Counted from the first letter of the stretch, positions 26,005 through 34,939 are shown. The stretch is DNA of 59,584 bases from a virus (IMGVR_UViG_3300027754_000102:1-59584), one strand, 5' to 3'. Numbers and translations are program-made. The notes: generated by a model from the sequence alone, not told the origin.

Positions 26005-26979
26005 ATGGGTCAGGGATGTTTTGCGTTTTACAACGATCAGAAGTTGCAGTTTGAGACGTCGTCGACGGTTGGCCAGCACAGTGCAACCTACACTGGCATT
26101 TTGTCGGCGAACGGCCTAGAGACGACCAGCACCAGGTCAGACGGCCTGTGGGGGTGGGGCGACGGGGTACTGACAGATCCGGCCAAGCCGGCAGGGAAAT
26201 GGGCCGAGCTGGAGGAGTGGATACGGTTTCATTTATTGGCCCAAAACTTTTACTACAGGGCCGACAAAAAGGAGTTGCAGGACTATTTTAATAATCGAAC
26301 TAACAAGAGAACAGCAGATATAGTTCCGGGAGGTTTTTTAGGTGAAAGGGAAAATAGAGATTCTTTACATATATGTATTCCAAGTGAGATAATACGTAGA
26401 CTTTTTATACCTATTTGCCATTCTCAAAGAGAATTGTCTTATGGCTATACAGTTGGGACTCACATTGCTTTGCTAAAAATTTATCGAGATTACGATAGCA
26501 TAAAGCTGCCGATTATTGATCACATGAATGGTAATCCATATTGTAATTTACCTTCAAACCTAAGGCCTGTTACTTCGCAGCAAAATAGCATCAATAAATC
26601 TAAAGGGCCCTGGGCTGTGCCTGGTGTTAACTTTAATAAACGCGATAGAAGATGGGTTGGATATATTTTTGGTAAAGGGAAATATTTTCAAGAAGAGATA
26701 GACGCAATTGATTTTCGTCGAACTTTACTTAGTGAAGTTATAGCCGAAGGACGTCTTGAAATACACGACCTCTGGGCCTTTAACAAACGTGTCGAAGCCG
26801 TTTTTGCCTATCGCAAAGCTGAAAACGTAGACGCATTTAACCGCAAGATACTTGCCTATCACAGCCCAGCTAAATCGATCAACCCATCGGCCGCGGTGAC
26901 CTATTTCTTGCCAGCAATTGAGCCCATCAGGCCACGGTCAAATACCCTCTGGTATCGGTTATCCATGCCCGCAATTTGA
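26005..26979 (+). CDS. HNH homing endonuclease with AP2-like domain
   Basis: 'IIDHMNGNPYCNLPSNLRPVTSQQNSIN', 'PGVNFNKRDRRWVGY'; AT-rich. Confidence 0.85.
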   Translation: MGQGCFAFYNDQKLQFETSSTVGQHSATYTGILSANGLETTSTRSDGLWGWGDGVLTDPAKPAGKWAELEEWIRFHLLAQNFYYRADKKELQDYFNNRTNKRTADIVPGGFLGERENRDSLHICIPSEIIRRLFIPICHSQRELSYGYTVGTHIALLKIYRDYDSIKLPIIDHMNGNPYCNLPSNLRPVTSQQNSINKSKGPWAVPGVNFNKRDRRWVGYIFGKGKYFQEEIDAIDFRRTLLSEVIAEGRLEIHDLWAFNKRVEAVFAYRKAENVDAFNRKILAYHSPAKSINPSAAVTYFLPAIEPIRPRSNTLWYRLSMPAI

Positions 26980-26990
26980 TTAGCCACCGT

Positions 26991-27020
26991 GACGCAATCA
27001 TGACGCAATTAGGACGCAAT
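26991..27020 (+). repeat. Three GACGCAAT repeats at 11-bp spacing
   Basis: At 26991, 27002 and 27013, directly before the initiator ATG. Confidence 0.85.
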
Positions 27021-27022
27021 GC

Positions 27023-27937
27023 ATGAAGCTCAACACCATCCAGCACCCGAAAATCCTACGCCTCCGCCGGCGCTTATCCGTGCCCACTTGGGGCGCCGTC
27101 GGCGTGCTGGAAAGCCTCTGGCACCTGACCGCAACCCACGCCAAGGACGGCGCCATCGGTCGCATTTTCACCAACGAGGACATCGCCAACAGCATCGGCT
27201 GGGAGGGCGACCCAGACCACCTAATCGACGCCCTCGTGGCCTCCGGCTGGCTGGATGTTTGCGCTAGCAATCGTCTAATCGTGCATGACTGGAGCGATCA
27301 TTGCCCCGATTTTGTGCGGGGAAATTTAGCCCGTCAGAAGGTAGATTTTGCGGTTGCAACCACAAACAGCGCACCAGTAACACCAGTACCCTACTCCAGT
27401 ACCGTACTCCAGTACGCTACTCCAGTACCCTACTCAAGTACCGTACATGAGTCGCCTACTCCAAGACCAAGACCTAAACCAATACCAATACCAAGCCAAG
27501 ACCCAGAAGATAAAGTCAGTGTCGAGTTGCCCGAAGCGGTCAACCCGCCCCCCGACGCCGTCGCCGAGTTTCCTTGCCAAGGTCTTCGGCAGGTCTGGCA
27601 CCTGACCACGGGCCAAGTCGCCGACTGGCAGGCCAGCTACCCGGGGCTGGACATTGACGCCGAGTGCCGGAAGGCCTTGGCGTGGGTGAAGGCCAACCCA
27701 CGGAAGAAGCGCACCCACGGCGGCATGCCGAAGTTTTTGGTCAACTGGTTCAACCGCGCCACCGACCGACCGGGCCCTGCCCCGCCCCGGTCCTTCTACC
27801 AACCCCGCAGCGCCACCCCGTCGCCGACGGTGACCGAGCGCATGGGCGCCGACGTGGTCGGTATGCTGTTTGGCCAGCACCAGGCAGCGACCCAACCGAT
27901 GACCCCGACGCTGGAGCTGGAGGTGCGACATGGGTGA
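27023..27937 (+). CDS. Replication initiator (lambda O-like organisation)
   Basis: N-terminal 'HPKI..L...L...AVG.LE.LW', 'IVHDW.DH'; central iteron linker; C-terminal 'FLVNWFNR'. Confidence 0.8.
   Translation: MKLNTIQHPKILRLRRRLSVPTWGAVGVLESLWHLTATHAKDGAIGRIFTNEDIANSIGWEGDPDHLIDALVASGWLDVCASNRLIVHDWSDHCPDFVRGNLARQKVDFAVATTNSAPVTPVPYSSTVLQYATPVPYSSTVHESPTPRPRPKPIPIPSQDPEDKVSVELPEAVNPPPDAVAEFPCQGLRQVWHLTTGQVADWQASYPGLDIDAECRKALAWVKANPRKKRTHGGMPKFLVNWFNRATDRPGPAPPRSFYQPRSATPSPTVTERMGADVVGMLFGQHQAATQPMTPTLELEVRHG
27383..27447 (+). repeat. Five tandem 13-bp iterons (putative origin)
   Basis: CCAGTACCCTACT/CCAGTACCGTACT/CCAGTACGCTACT/CCAGTACCCTACT/CAAGTACCGTACA, then an A/C-skewed tract. Confidence 0.85.
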
Positions 27938-28577
27938 GATGCTTCCGGCCCGGCTGGCCTCGGTGCCCTGGGTGAATTTGTTTCAGGCCTTGTTCGGTGC
28001 CAACAGCGCCGACTGGGCAAAAACGCTGGCGACCTGGTCGTTGTTGTTCGACGCCGAGGGCCGCAGCAACTCCGAGCTGGTCTCGGCTGTTCAGGCCATC
28101 AGCCGGCACAGCCCGATCCCGCAATGGCCGACGCAATTCCTTGACGCCTTGCGCAGCGAGCTCCGGCAGCAGGACCTGTCCATGCGACAGGCAACCGAGG
28201 CCCGGCGCCTGGAGGAATCCGAACGCCCGCCCCGTTGCCAGACCTGCTCCGACTTCGGCTGGATCTGCGGCCTACCGCACCTCGAAACCGTCCGCGGCCC
28301 GGAGTGGCTCGAACCCCGATGGACCTGCGCGGTGACCTGCCAGTGCGAAGCCGGCTGCAGGGTTTTTGCTGGCTGGGGCCAGCGACAGCCCGAGCCCAAG
28401 CCGGTGATGAGTATTTACACCTACACCAAGCAAAACCCGCACTATCAGGTGCAGATGGATCTGCGCAAACTGGAGGTCACGGCAAAGGTGCAAACCTACG
28501 AGCAGGAGAAGGGCCCGGCCGAATGGCGGGCGACGGTTGAAGGCATCCTGAAACGCTACGGCAACCAAGCTAAATGA
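27930..28577 (+). CDS. Putative helicase loader / replication accessory protein with Zn motif
   Basis: Follows the initiator; 'CQTCSDFGW...CQCEAG'. Confidence 0.55.
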   Translation: MGEMLPARLASVPWVNLFQALFGANSADWAKTLATWSLLFDAEGRSNSELVSAVQAISRHSPIPQWPTQFLDALRSELRQQDLSMRQATEARRLEESERPPRCQTCSDFGWICGLPHLETVRGPEWLEPRWTCAVTCQCEAGCRVFAGWGQRQPEPKPVMSIYTYTKQNPHYQVQMDLRKLEVTAKVQTYEQEKGPAEWRATVEGILKRYGNQAK

Positions 28578-28746
28578 CTTTTTTCCGCACTATTTTTGAT
28601 CGCTAAACCAGCTGCCAGCAACGACTTACGCACAATGGCGAATTTTTAATAATTAAATTCTGTTATTTTTTCGCTAATCCGGCGTGGGGTGTTTGATCGG
28701 CCCGAGGTCACGCCACCTTTGGCCCTTGTTCAGGACGAACCTTTGC

Positions 28747-29100
28747 ATGCGTTATTTCACCGCTTTTGCCCTGACCATCGCCGCGGCCACCTTGGCCAAC
28801 GCTGGACCGTTTCACCGTCGTGGATCGGTCGCCACCTTCTGCACGACTGGCGCCAGCCAGCAGACGGCGACGGCCAAGCCCGCAGGTGGCACCAGCACCG
28901 CCCAAGGCGTGGCGATCCTGATCGTGCAGACCGGCCGCTTCCGCCATTTCGGCGGCTACAACGGCTACGAGGGAATTGGCATGGGCGCCACCCAGGCACA
29001 GGCCGAAGCCAACTGCTGTTTCCGCAATCGCCTGCTGCCACGTGAACGAGGATTTGCGCAGATGGCCTCGGGCCTCTGGGTCTGCGTCTGCCGCTACTGA
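28747..29100 (+). CDS. Secreted protein, degenerate CAP/SCP-like
   Basis: Signal peptide ending ANA; 'HFGG..GYEGIGMG', 'NCCF', 'GLWVCVCRY'. Confidence 0.55.
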   Translation: MRYFTAFALTIAAATLANAGPFHRRGSVATFCTTGASQQTATAKPAGGTSTAQGVAILIVQTGRFRHFGGYNGYEGIGMGATQAQAEANCCFRNRLLPRERGFAQMASGLWVCVCRY

Positions 29101-29245
29101 GAGTCACCACCTTCTTCCAATACCCGTGACGCCTTGTTGAAACACCACCGGGCGAAAGCTGGCCAGCCAAAGCAGGATGCCGTTGATCGGCGACGAGGGT
29201 GAGGCGGTACCCCCTCAGGTGGTTTTGAGCGCCAGGAGGGCGGCC

Positions 29246-29287
29246 CGGTCGGCGTGCTGCGGGTGTGGCAGACGCCGGCCGGATTTT
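29246..29287 (+). terminator. GC-rich hairpin with short T tail
   Basis: CCGGTCGGCGT...ACGCCGGCCGG followed by ATTTT. Confidence 0.5.
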
Positions 29288-29304
29288 CAGGAGAAACGAC
29301 CTAG

Positions 29305-29628
29305 ATGATTCAGCGCTGCGAGCCCGAACAAGCAGAGATGGAACCGATCATCGACGAGCACGGTCAGGAGCTGTGGCTCCCCGCTGACCTAGTGCTCGTC
29401 GTCTGTTCGCTTTGCAGTCGGTTCTGCACCCGTAACGTGCCCCTGTGGTGCCGGGACGTCGTGCGAATGTACGAGCGCCACCGGATGCTTGGCGAGCTGG
29501 CAGCACGACCCACCAACGAGGGCCGGCCGCAGTGTCGGGAGTGTTTGGCGGTCAACAGTTTGAAACCGAGCGTGGCAGCCCACCAGAGGCGGATGACGGT
29601 TGCGGACTATCGGAGGGCGAAGGAGTGA
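29305..29628 (+). CDS. Hypothetical Zn-binding protein
   Basis: AGGAG RBS; CSLC...CREC. Confidence 0.55.
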   Translation: MIQRCEPEQAEMEPIIDEHGQELWLPADLVLVVCSLCSRFCTRNVPLWCRDVVRMYERHRMLGELAARPTNEGRPQCRECLAVNSLKPSVAAHQRRMTVADYRRAKE

Positions 29629-29812
29629 ACCAGGACAAGACCAGCGGCTGGAACCGCGCCAGCTACTACACCGAGCACGGCACCCTGACCTGGTTCTGGT
29701 TTGAGCATCCTTGGACGGCGACCACGACGGCGTGGGTGACCAGTCCAAGTGAGCTAATGAATTTTCTGGGAAGGCTAAAAACTAGCGGAAAAAATACGGA
29801 ACGATAGCACCT

Positions 29813-30508
29813 ATGGCTTTGGACCCGATGACCCCGGAGCAGCAGCGCATGGTCGAGGACAACCTAGCGCTGGCCCACTACGAGGTCCGCAAATATCGGG
29901 CGCCGTTGGGCATGGATTACGAGGACTGGCTGGGCGAGTGCTTGGTGCTGCTGGTGCAGGCCGTGCGGTATTACGAGCCGCAGAAGGGCACGCTGTTGAC
30001 CCTGATGGACCGACTTGTCTACCTGCGGCGCATGGACCTGAAACGGCAACGGCAGAGCATTAAACGGAAGACGCATTACGACGCGGTTTCCCTAGACCAG
30101 ATGGCCGACGACAACACCCTAGGCGAGCAGGTACTGGTCGACCACGACAGGGCGCCGCACCTGGTCGAGGTCCGGGAGGTGGTCGACTTGGTGCTGTCTC
30201 GAATGTCACCACAGGCCGTGCAGATTTTCCGGCTACTGGCTAAGGACATGACCAACCGGGAGGCGGCGAGAACCCTCGGCATTTGTCGCAGTCGGGTCTG
30301 CGACATTTTAATGCTGGCCCGAGGCATCGCAGCCCAGCAATACCCCGACGAGGTTATGCACAACACGTCATGCCCCGACTGCGGTACACCGCAGACGACA
30401 TGGGCCGAAGACGACAGGCCAAGACTGTGCAGGCCCTGTGCCGATCTGCGGGTCCGAGAAATCAAGCAGCGCTACTACCGACGACGCAAACAGGAGGCCA
30501 AGGCGTGA
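29813..30508 (+). CDS. Sigma70-like factor with C-terminal Zn ribbon
   Basis: Region 2-like 'QRMVEDNLALAH...LVQAVRYYEPQKG'; region 4 HTH 'TNREAARTLGICRSRV'; CPDC/CRPC. Confidence 0.75.
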   Translation: MALDPMTPEQQRMVEDNLALAHYEVRKYRAPLGMDYEDWLGECLVLLVQAVRYYEPQKGTLLTLMDRLVYLRRMDLKRQRQSIKRKTHYDAVSLDQMADDNTLGEQVLVDHDRAPHLVEVREVVDLVLSRMSPQAVQIFRLLAKDMTNREAARTLGICRSRVCDILMLARGIAAQQYPDEVMHNTSCPDCGTPQTTWAEDDRPRLCRPCADLRVREIKQRYYRRRKQEAKA

Positions 30509-30578
30509 AGCAAGAACCAGTGATTGAGAAATGGCCGCACCCGCATCTGACCTGGCCTGCCTGGTGCGGGGTGCAGGC

Positions 30579-30830
30579 ATGAGCGACCGCAGAAGTAAAT
30601 TGCCCATCAACATTGATGAAATTAAAAAAGTGCTAATCGTTGATAACGACTTGCCTAGCAGGCTTCGATGGGCGCCCGGCTACGGTGGATTTGGCGGCAA
30701 GGCTGCTGGCCATTTGAATCAGTTGGGCTATTGGACAGTGCGAGTAAAAAAACGTTTATTTTATGCCCATCGAATTGTCAAAGCACTAACGACGGGCAAA
30801 GACCCCGGGCAAAGTATGGTGCGTCGTTGA
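30579..30830 (+). pseudogene. Truncated HNH homing endonuclease N-terminus
   Basis: 'LRW...GKAAGHLNQLGYWTVRVKKRLFYAHRIV...TGKDP' stops just before the usual IDH..N catalytic motif. Confidence 0.6.
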
Positions 30831-31588
30831 TCCATTACCACGGGTTGCCAATACATCCTGACCACGCCTGCGCTTTAATCTTGCAAGCAGGCCACGCAAT
30901 GGTTTCGTTTGCGCATCCCGAACAGTTAGGATTGGCGGCAGAGATTTGCCAGACGTTTGTGCTGGACAACGGGGCATTCTCGGCGTGGAAATCAGGTAAA
31001 CCAGTCGATGATTGGACACCGTATTTGGAATGGGCGCTTGATGCGTTTGCGCATCCCGGCTGCGATTGGGTCACTATTCCCGATAAGATCGACGGCAATG
31101 AAAGCGACAACGATAGCCTGGCAAAATGGTTTATAGGCAAATGGCGGGTCTACCGCAAAGACGAACTTTCTGCTTGTGTACCGGTTTGGCACATGCACGA
31201 ATCGTTTGAAAGACTACAACGTTTGGCAGCCATGTTCCATCGGATCGCTATCGGTTCATCGGGGGAATACTCGGAAATAGGCACCATAGACTGGTGGCAC
31301 AGGATCACAGCAGCAATTCAAAACATATCGGCGAATGGCCGGCCGCATGTCAAACTTCACGGAATGAGGATGCTAGATGTGCGGATATTTACTAGACTAC
31401 CACTATCGAGCGCGGACAGCACAAACATTGCTCGAAATGTTGGCATAGACAAGCGGTGGACTGGCTCATATCAACCGCCAACTAAGGCTGGGCGCGGCCA
31501 AATTTTAAGGCAGCGAATCGAAGCAAGTAACTCTGCACCCGTATTGGTCGAATTTTCGCCAACCAAGCAGAAGGAGTTATTCGCATGA
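30827..31588 (+). CDS. tRNA-guanine transglycosylase (TGT/DpdA)-like protein
   Basis: TTG start overlapping upstream TGA; 'FVLDNGAFSAW', 'IPDKI', 'PVWH', 'KLHGMRM', 'SADSTN'. Confidence 0.72.
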   Translation: MIHYHGLPIHPDHACALILQAGHAMVSFAHPEQLGLAAEICQTFVLDNGAFSAWKSGKPVDDWTPYLEWALDAFAHPGCDWVTIPDKIDGNESDNDSLAKWFIGKWRVYRKDELSACVPVWHMHESFERLQRLAAMFHRIAIGSSGEYSEIGTIDWWHRITAAIQNISANGRPHVKLHGMRMLDVRIFTRLPLSSADSTNIARNVGIDKRWTGSYQPPTKAGRGQILRQRIEASNSAPVLVEFSPTKQKELFA

Positions 31589-31764
31589 GCGACAAAAACG
31601 CAGATCACACGCTGTCGGAACTGCAGGAGGCTAGGGCGGAGGTGGACCGGCTGCGGCGCCTGATCCGTAACCAGACCGGCGTCATGGTGCAGGGGCAGAC
31701 GTTTTGGCCCGACTGGGTGATGAATGAGCTGGGGCCGGATCAGACAATGCCGGGGGGCGAATGA
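31585..31764 (+). CDS. 59-aa hypothetical protein (not in ORF track)
   Basis: ATGA overlaps at both ends; AAGGAG RBS. Confidence 0.5.
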   Translation: MSDKNADHTLSELQEARAEVDRLRRLIRNQTGVMVQGQTFWPDWVMNELGPDQTMPGGE

Positions 31765-32591
31765 TGGGCAACCCGTACGAGATTGAGCGCCCTGGCATAA
31801 TTTCATTTTCTGGTGGAGCCACCAGTGGGTTTATGCTTTGGCAGATACTTCGGTCCTACGGTGGCAAACTGCCAGACGATATTAAAATTGTTTTTGCCAA
31901 TACGGGGCTAGAACATGAAAAGACGCTTGAGTTTATTCGCAATGTTGAAACGCAGTGGGGCGTCAAAGTTCATTGGCTGGAGTACCGAGCAAAACGAACT
32001 TTTGACGAGGTCACATACGAGACAGCCAGCCGGAGCGGAGAGCCGTTTGACATTTTGATTCAGGAGCGGCAGTACCTGCCTAATCCGGTTGCCCGGTTTT
32101 GCACCGTCGAATTGAAAATTCGGACCATTGATAGGTGGGCAGAAAACCTTGGGTGGGACGATGGGCACACCGAGGTGGTCGGGCTCAGATACGACGAGCC
32201 GCATCGGGTAACGCGTATAAAGGCAAACAGTAGGCGCAATGAGGTTGAGTGCCCAATGTTTATGGCAAGGCACACGCTGGAGGATGTTGAACAATTTTGG
32301 CAAAAAAACACATTCCGGCTGGAGATTCCCCGCTTATTGGGAAACTGTGCTGGGTGCTTTTTAAAGGGCCGGGACAAGATTCAGCGAATAGCTAAGGATC
32401 ATCCTAATTTGCTGGAATGGTGGGCCAAACGGGAAGAAGTGGCAATTGGCTGGAAGGAAGACGGAACAGCCAAAATGGCCCATTTTCGGTCTGACCGTCC
32501 AAGCTATCGGGGACTGATCAATATGGCCCAATCGCAACAGGAATTTCTTTTTACTGATGACGACACATTACCGTGTCATTGCACAGATTGA
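31761..32591 (+). CDS. PAPS-reductase-family (PP-loop) protein
   Basis: 'SFSGGATSGFML', 'FANTGLEHEKT', 'RFCTVELKI', 'GLRYDE', 'GNCAGCFLK', 'PCHC'. Confidence 0.88.
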   Translation: MMGNPYEIERPGIISFSGGATSGFMLWQILRSYGGKLPDDIKIVFANTGLEHEKTLEFIRNVETQWGVKVHWLEYRAKRTFDEVTYETASRSGEPFDILIQERQYLPNPVARFCTVELKIRTIDRWAENLGWDDGHTEVVGLRYDEPHRVTRIKANSRRNEVECPMFMARHTLEDVEQFWQKNTFRLEIPRLLGNCAGCFLKGRDKIQRIAKDHPNLLEWWAKREEVAIGWKEDGTAKMAHFRSDRPSYRGLINMAQSQQEFLFTDDDTLPCHCTD

Positions 32592-32712
32592 CTTACTGAC
32601 CACTTGGGGTGAGTAATGTGGAACCCGCTCTGGTGGTTTTTCCTAATCTGTGAAATGATCGACTTTTTCGACGTTTCAATGTCCGAAACCAACAGCAAGC
32701 GGGTAAGATACC

Positions 32713-33120
32713 ATGGGCACCGAGCTGACCCCGCCACCAATCCAGCGCCCGAGCAACCACCAGGTGCCGACCACCATGACCAGCGCCGATAAACAACGCC
32801 TAGCCCGCTCAATCCAGTTCCGCCACCTGCTGGCCGCCCTGTTTGACGATGACACGCCATGGGGCGAATCCGTGGCCCTGCAGGTGCTGGCCGACCACTT
32901 AGAGCAGGACGGCCGGGCTGACCTGGCCGACATCGTCCGGGGCCGGTTCCAGACTGCGGCGTCACAGCTCCAGGTCACCCAGCACCGCACCCACATTGAC
33001 ACTGCCCCGCGGTTTGCGGCGGGTGACCGTGGTCATTTAACAAACAGCCGGAGCACCCGAGCTATCACCCACGTGATTGAGCTGCAGGGCACCGTGGTCC
33101 TATCGGAGGCTAGCGCCTGA
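32713..33120 (+). CDS. Hypothetical protein
   Basis: 135-aa ORF; 'LQVLADHLEQDG' resembles 'ILADALEE.G' motifs. Confidence 0.55.
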   Translation: MGTELTPPPIQRPSNHQVPTTMTSADKQRLARSIQFRHLLAALFDDDTPWGESVALQVLADHLEQDGRADLADIVRGRFQTAASQLQVTQHRTHIDTAPRFAAGDRGHLTNSRSTRAITHVIELQGTVVLSEASA

Positions 33121-33557
33121 TCGACCTGCCGGACTGGAGGCAACAGACCTCATTTGACTGCGGCCTAACGGCCACGCGCCTCGTCCTCCGGGGCGTCCGG
33201 CGGCGACCTCGGCCCGACCTGCGACAGATCCTCGGCACCAGCAGCCACGACGGCACCGACCCCCGCCAGATTGAAACCGTTTTACGCCAACACGACCTTG
33301 GCGTCGTGGCCGGGGAAATGCACGGCGACGACCTCGCCTATCTGACCGGCCGTGGGTGCCCTGTGGCGTGCCTAGTGCAGTTCGATGGCGTTGGCCATTG
33401 GGTGGTCGTTTGCCATGCCGATGGCCGACAGGTCCGCTACCAAGACCCCGCCACGGGCCCACAGTCGGTTGGCTGGCCGCGATGGCTGGCCGGCTGGCGA
33501 GACGTCGATCGGCTGGGCGCCGTTTACCGCCAGTGGGGGGTCGCCGCATGGAGATGA
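33117..33557 (+). CDS. C39-family cysteine peptidase, probable CTG start
   Basis: Frame extended upstream of the tracked ORF gives 'RQQTSFDCG', plus 'GHWVVV' and 'QDPATG'; GGAGG RBS; in-frame TAG at 33111. Confidence 0.78.
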   Translation: MIDLPDWRQQTSFDCGLTATRLVLRGVRRRPRPDLRQILGTSSHDGTDPRQIETVLRQHDLGVVAGEMHGDDLAYLTGRGCPVACLVQFDGVGHWVVVCHADGRQVRYQDPATGPQSVGWPRWLAGWRDVDRLGAVYRQWGVAAWR

Positions 33558-33946
33558 TCCTGCTACCGCTACCGCCATCAGCTAACAACCTGACCCGCAA
33601 GGCGCCCAGGCGCGGGGGCAAATATTTTCCCACCAAGGCCTATACCGACTGGACCACCGAGGCTAACGCCATGGCCATCGAGGCCGGCCTGATCCCGCGG
33701 CGGTCGGCACCATTTGAGCGCCCTGTCCACGTCCGGGTCGAGATCCTGCCGGGCAAGGGTCTGAGATTGGACCGCGACGCCGACAACATGGCAAAAGCCG
33801 TGCAGGACTGGCTGGTCAGATGGGGCTTTTTGACTGACGACAGCCTGCGGCACGTCCACGGTTGCCATGTAGTCTATAGGCCACAGGAGGCCAGCCCGAC
33901 GGGGCGGGCCGTGGTGCGAGTGTCATTTACTGAGGAGGAGACCTAA
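33548..33946 (+). CDS. rusA: RusA-family Holliday junction resolvase
   Basis: 'LPLPPSANN', 'RDADNMAKAVQDWL...G.L.DDS'. Confidence 0.88.
   Translation: MEMILLPLPPSANNLTRKAPRRGGKYFPTKAYTDWTTEANAMAIEAGLIPRRSAPFERPVHVRVEILPGKGLRLDRDADNMAKAVQDWLVRWGFLTDDSLRHVHGCHVVYRPQEASPTGRAVVRVSFTEEET
33922..33930 (+). promoter_or_regulatory. Module B GTCATTTAC motif (before 33949 operon)
   Basis: Recurs at 38167, 40828, 47927, and as GTCATTTA at 54955 and 33032. Confidence 0.6.
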
Positions 33947-33948
33947 CC

Positions 33949-34269
33949 ATGCCATATGCCGTGATTTCGACAGCTACTTCCGGCGACAACACCATCGTGG
34001 CCGCCGCCACGAACGGTCGCAAAATCCGGGTGCAGGAGTATTTGGTGGTGCCATCGGCCGCCGTCACCCTGACCTGGAAGTCTGGCAGCACCGCCATCAG
34101 TGGCGCCATGGACCTGGCCGCCAAGGCCACGCTAGAGGCGTCGACCTTTGGCCAGACGAGCACAGGCATCGACGGCGTGCTCCAGACTGCCGGAGGCGAA
34201 GCGCTAGTGCTGAACCTGGGTGGAGCAGTTCAGGTAAGCGGTCATATCAAATACGAGGTCCTGAGCTAA
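33949..34269 (+). CDS. Small beta-rich putative virion protein
   Basis: GAGGAGGAG RBS; 'LQTAGGEALVLNL..AVQVSGHI.Y'. Confidence 0.55.
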   Translation: MPYAVISTATSGDNTIVAAATNGRKIRVQEYLVVPSAAVTLTWKSGSTAISGAMDLAAKATLEASTFGQTSTGIDGVLQTAGGEALVLNLGGAVQVSGHIKYEVLS

Positions 34270-34285
34270 CCCGGGAGGGTAGGCC

Positions 34286-34939
34286 ATGCCTGGACCAACC
34301 AAGCCGACATGGGCGAGCCTGCTGAAGGGCGCCTTCAATGTGATCACCGGCGCCGCCCCACGGGAGCAGGCGGCTACAACAACGGCCGGCTTGGCCGGGC
34401 TGTTTGCCCGCCGCATCAGAGGCTTTGGCGCCGCCGTGCGGGACAAGGCCATGCAGGGCGTCCGAGCGGTGACCCAGGCACTGGGAGCCCGCGACTACAC
34501 CGACGGCAACCCCTACGACCCCGGCAGCTCTTGGATCAAATCGCTAACCTTCCGGCCCCTGCTGTACCGCACCGAGCAGTACGGCGAGGACGCGCCCGAG
34601 GAGCTGCGCGGCCGAGGCGTCCCAGGGTTTGCTGTGCCAGACCGCGAATACGGCAAGCTCCGGCTGCGTCTACTTGACCAGGGCGACCTGATTATGGCAA
34701 CCGAACCGAACAGCAAAAACACCTCGGGCCGTTACACCTACCCAAACGTGCCCCGGTCCCTGATGGACGCATGGACCCGGGCACCATCGGCGGGCCGGTT
34801 CTACCACTCAAAGCGCGGCAACGGGCCGCAGACCTATTCAAACCGGGCCGCCATCCTGCTGGGCCGCATGAAACGATACGGCGTTGGTGAGATGGGCATC
34901 ACGAGCCAGATCAAACAATCGAAGCCGAGGAAACGCTGA
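34286..34939 (+). CDS. KTSC-domain-like protein
   Basis: 'SSWIKSL.F' ... 'GRYTYPNVP...W..APSAGRFYH' with an internal insertion. Confidence 0.6.
   Translation: MPGPTKPTWASLLKGAFNVITGAAPREQAATTTAGLAGLFARRIRGFGAAVRDKAMQGVRAVTQALGARDYTDGNPYDPGSSWIKSLTFRPLLYRTEQYGEDAPEELRGRGVPGFAVPDREYGKLRLRLLDQGDLIMATEPNSKNTSGRYTYPNVPRSLMDAWTRAPSAGRFYHSKRGNGPQTYSNRAAILLGRMKRYGVGEMGITSQIKQSKPRKR

Noticed and set aside
27383-27447. CRISPR array
   Set aside because: 13-bp contiguous repeats with no spacers, inside a CDS; no cas genes.
29096-29145. Hammerhead ribozyme (CTGAGAG...GAAAC)
   Set aside because: The core does not match CUGAnGA and I could not build the three stems.
29139-29180. c-di-GMP-I riboswitch
   Set aside because: Only a GAAA tetraloop and a CAAAGC resemble it; the other conserved elements were not found.
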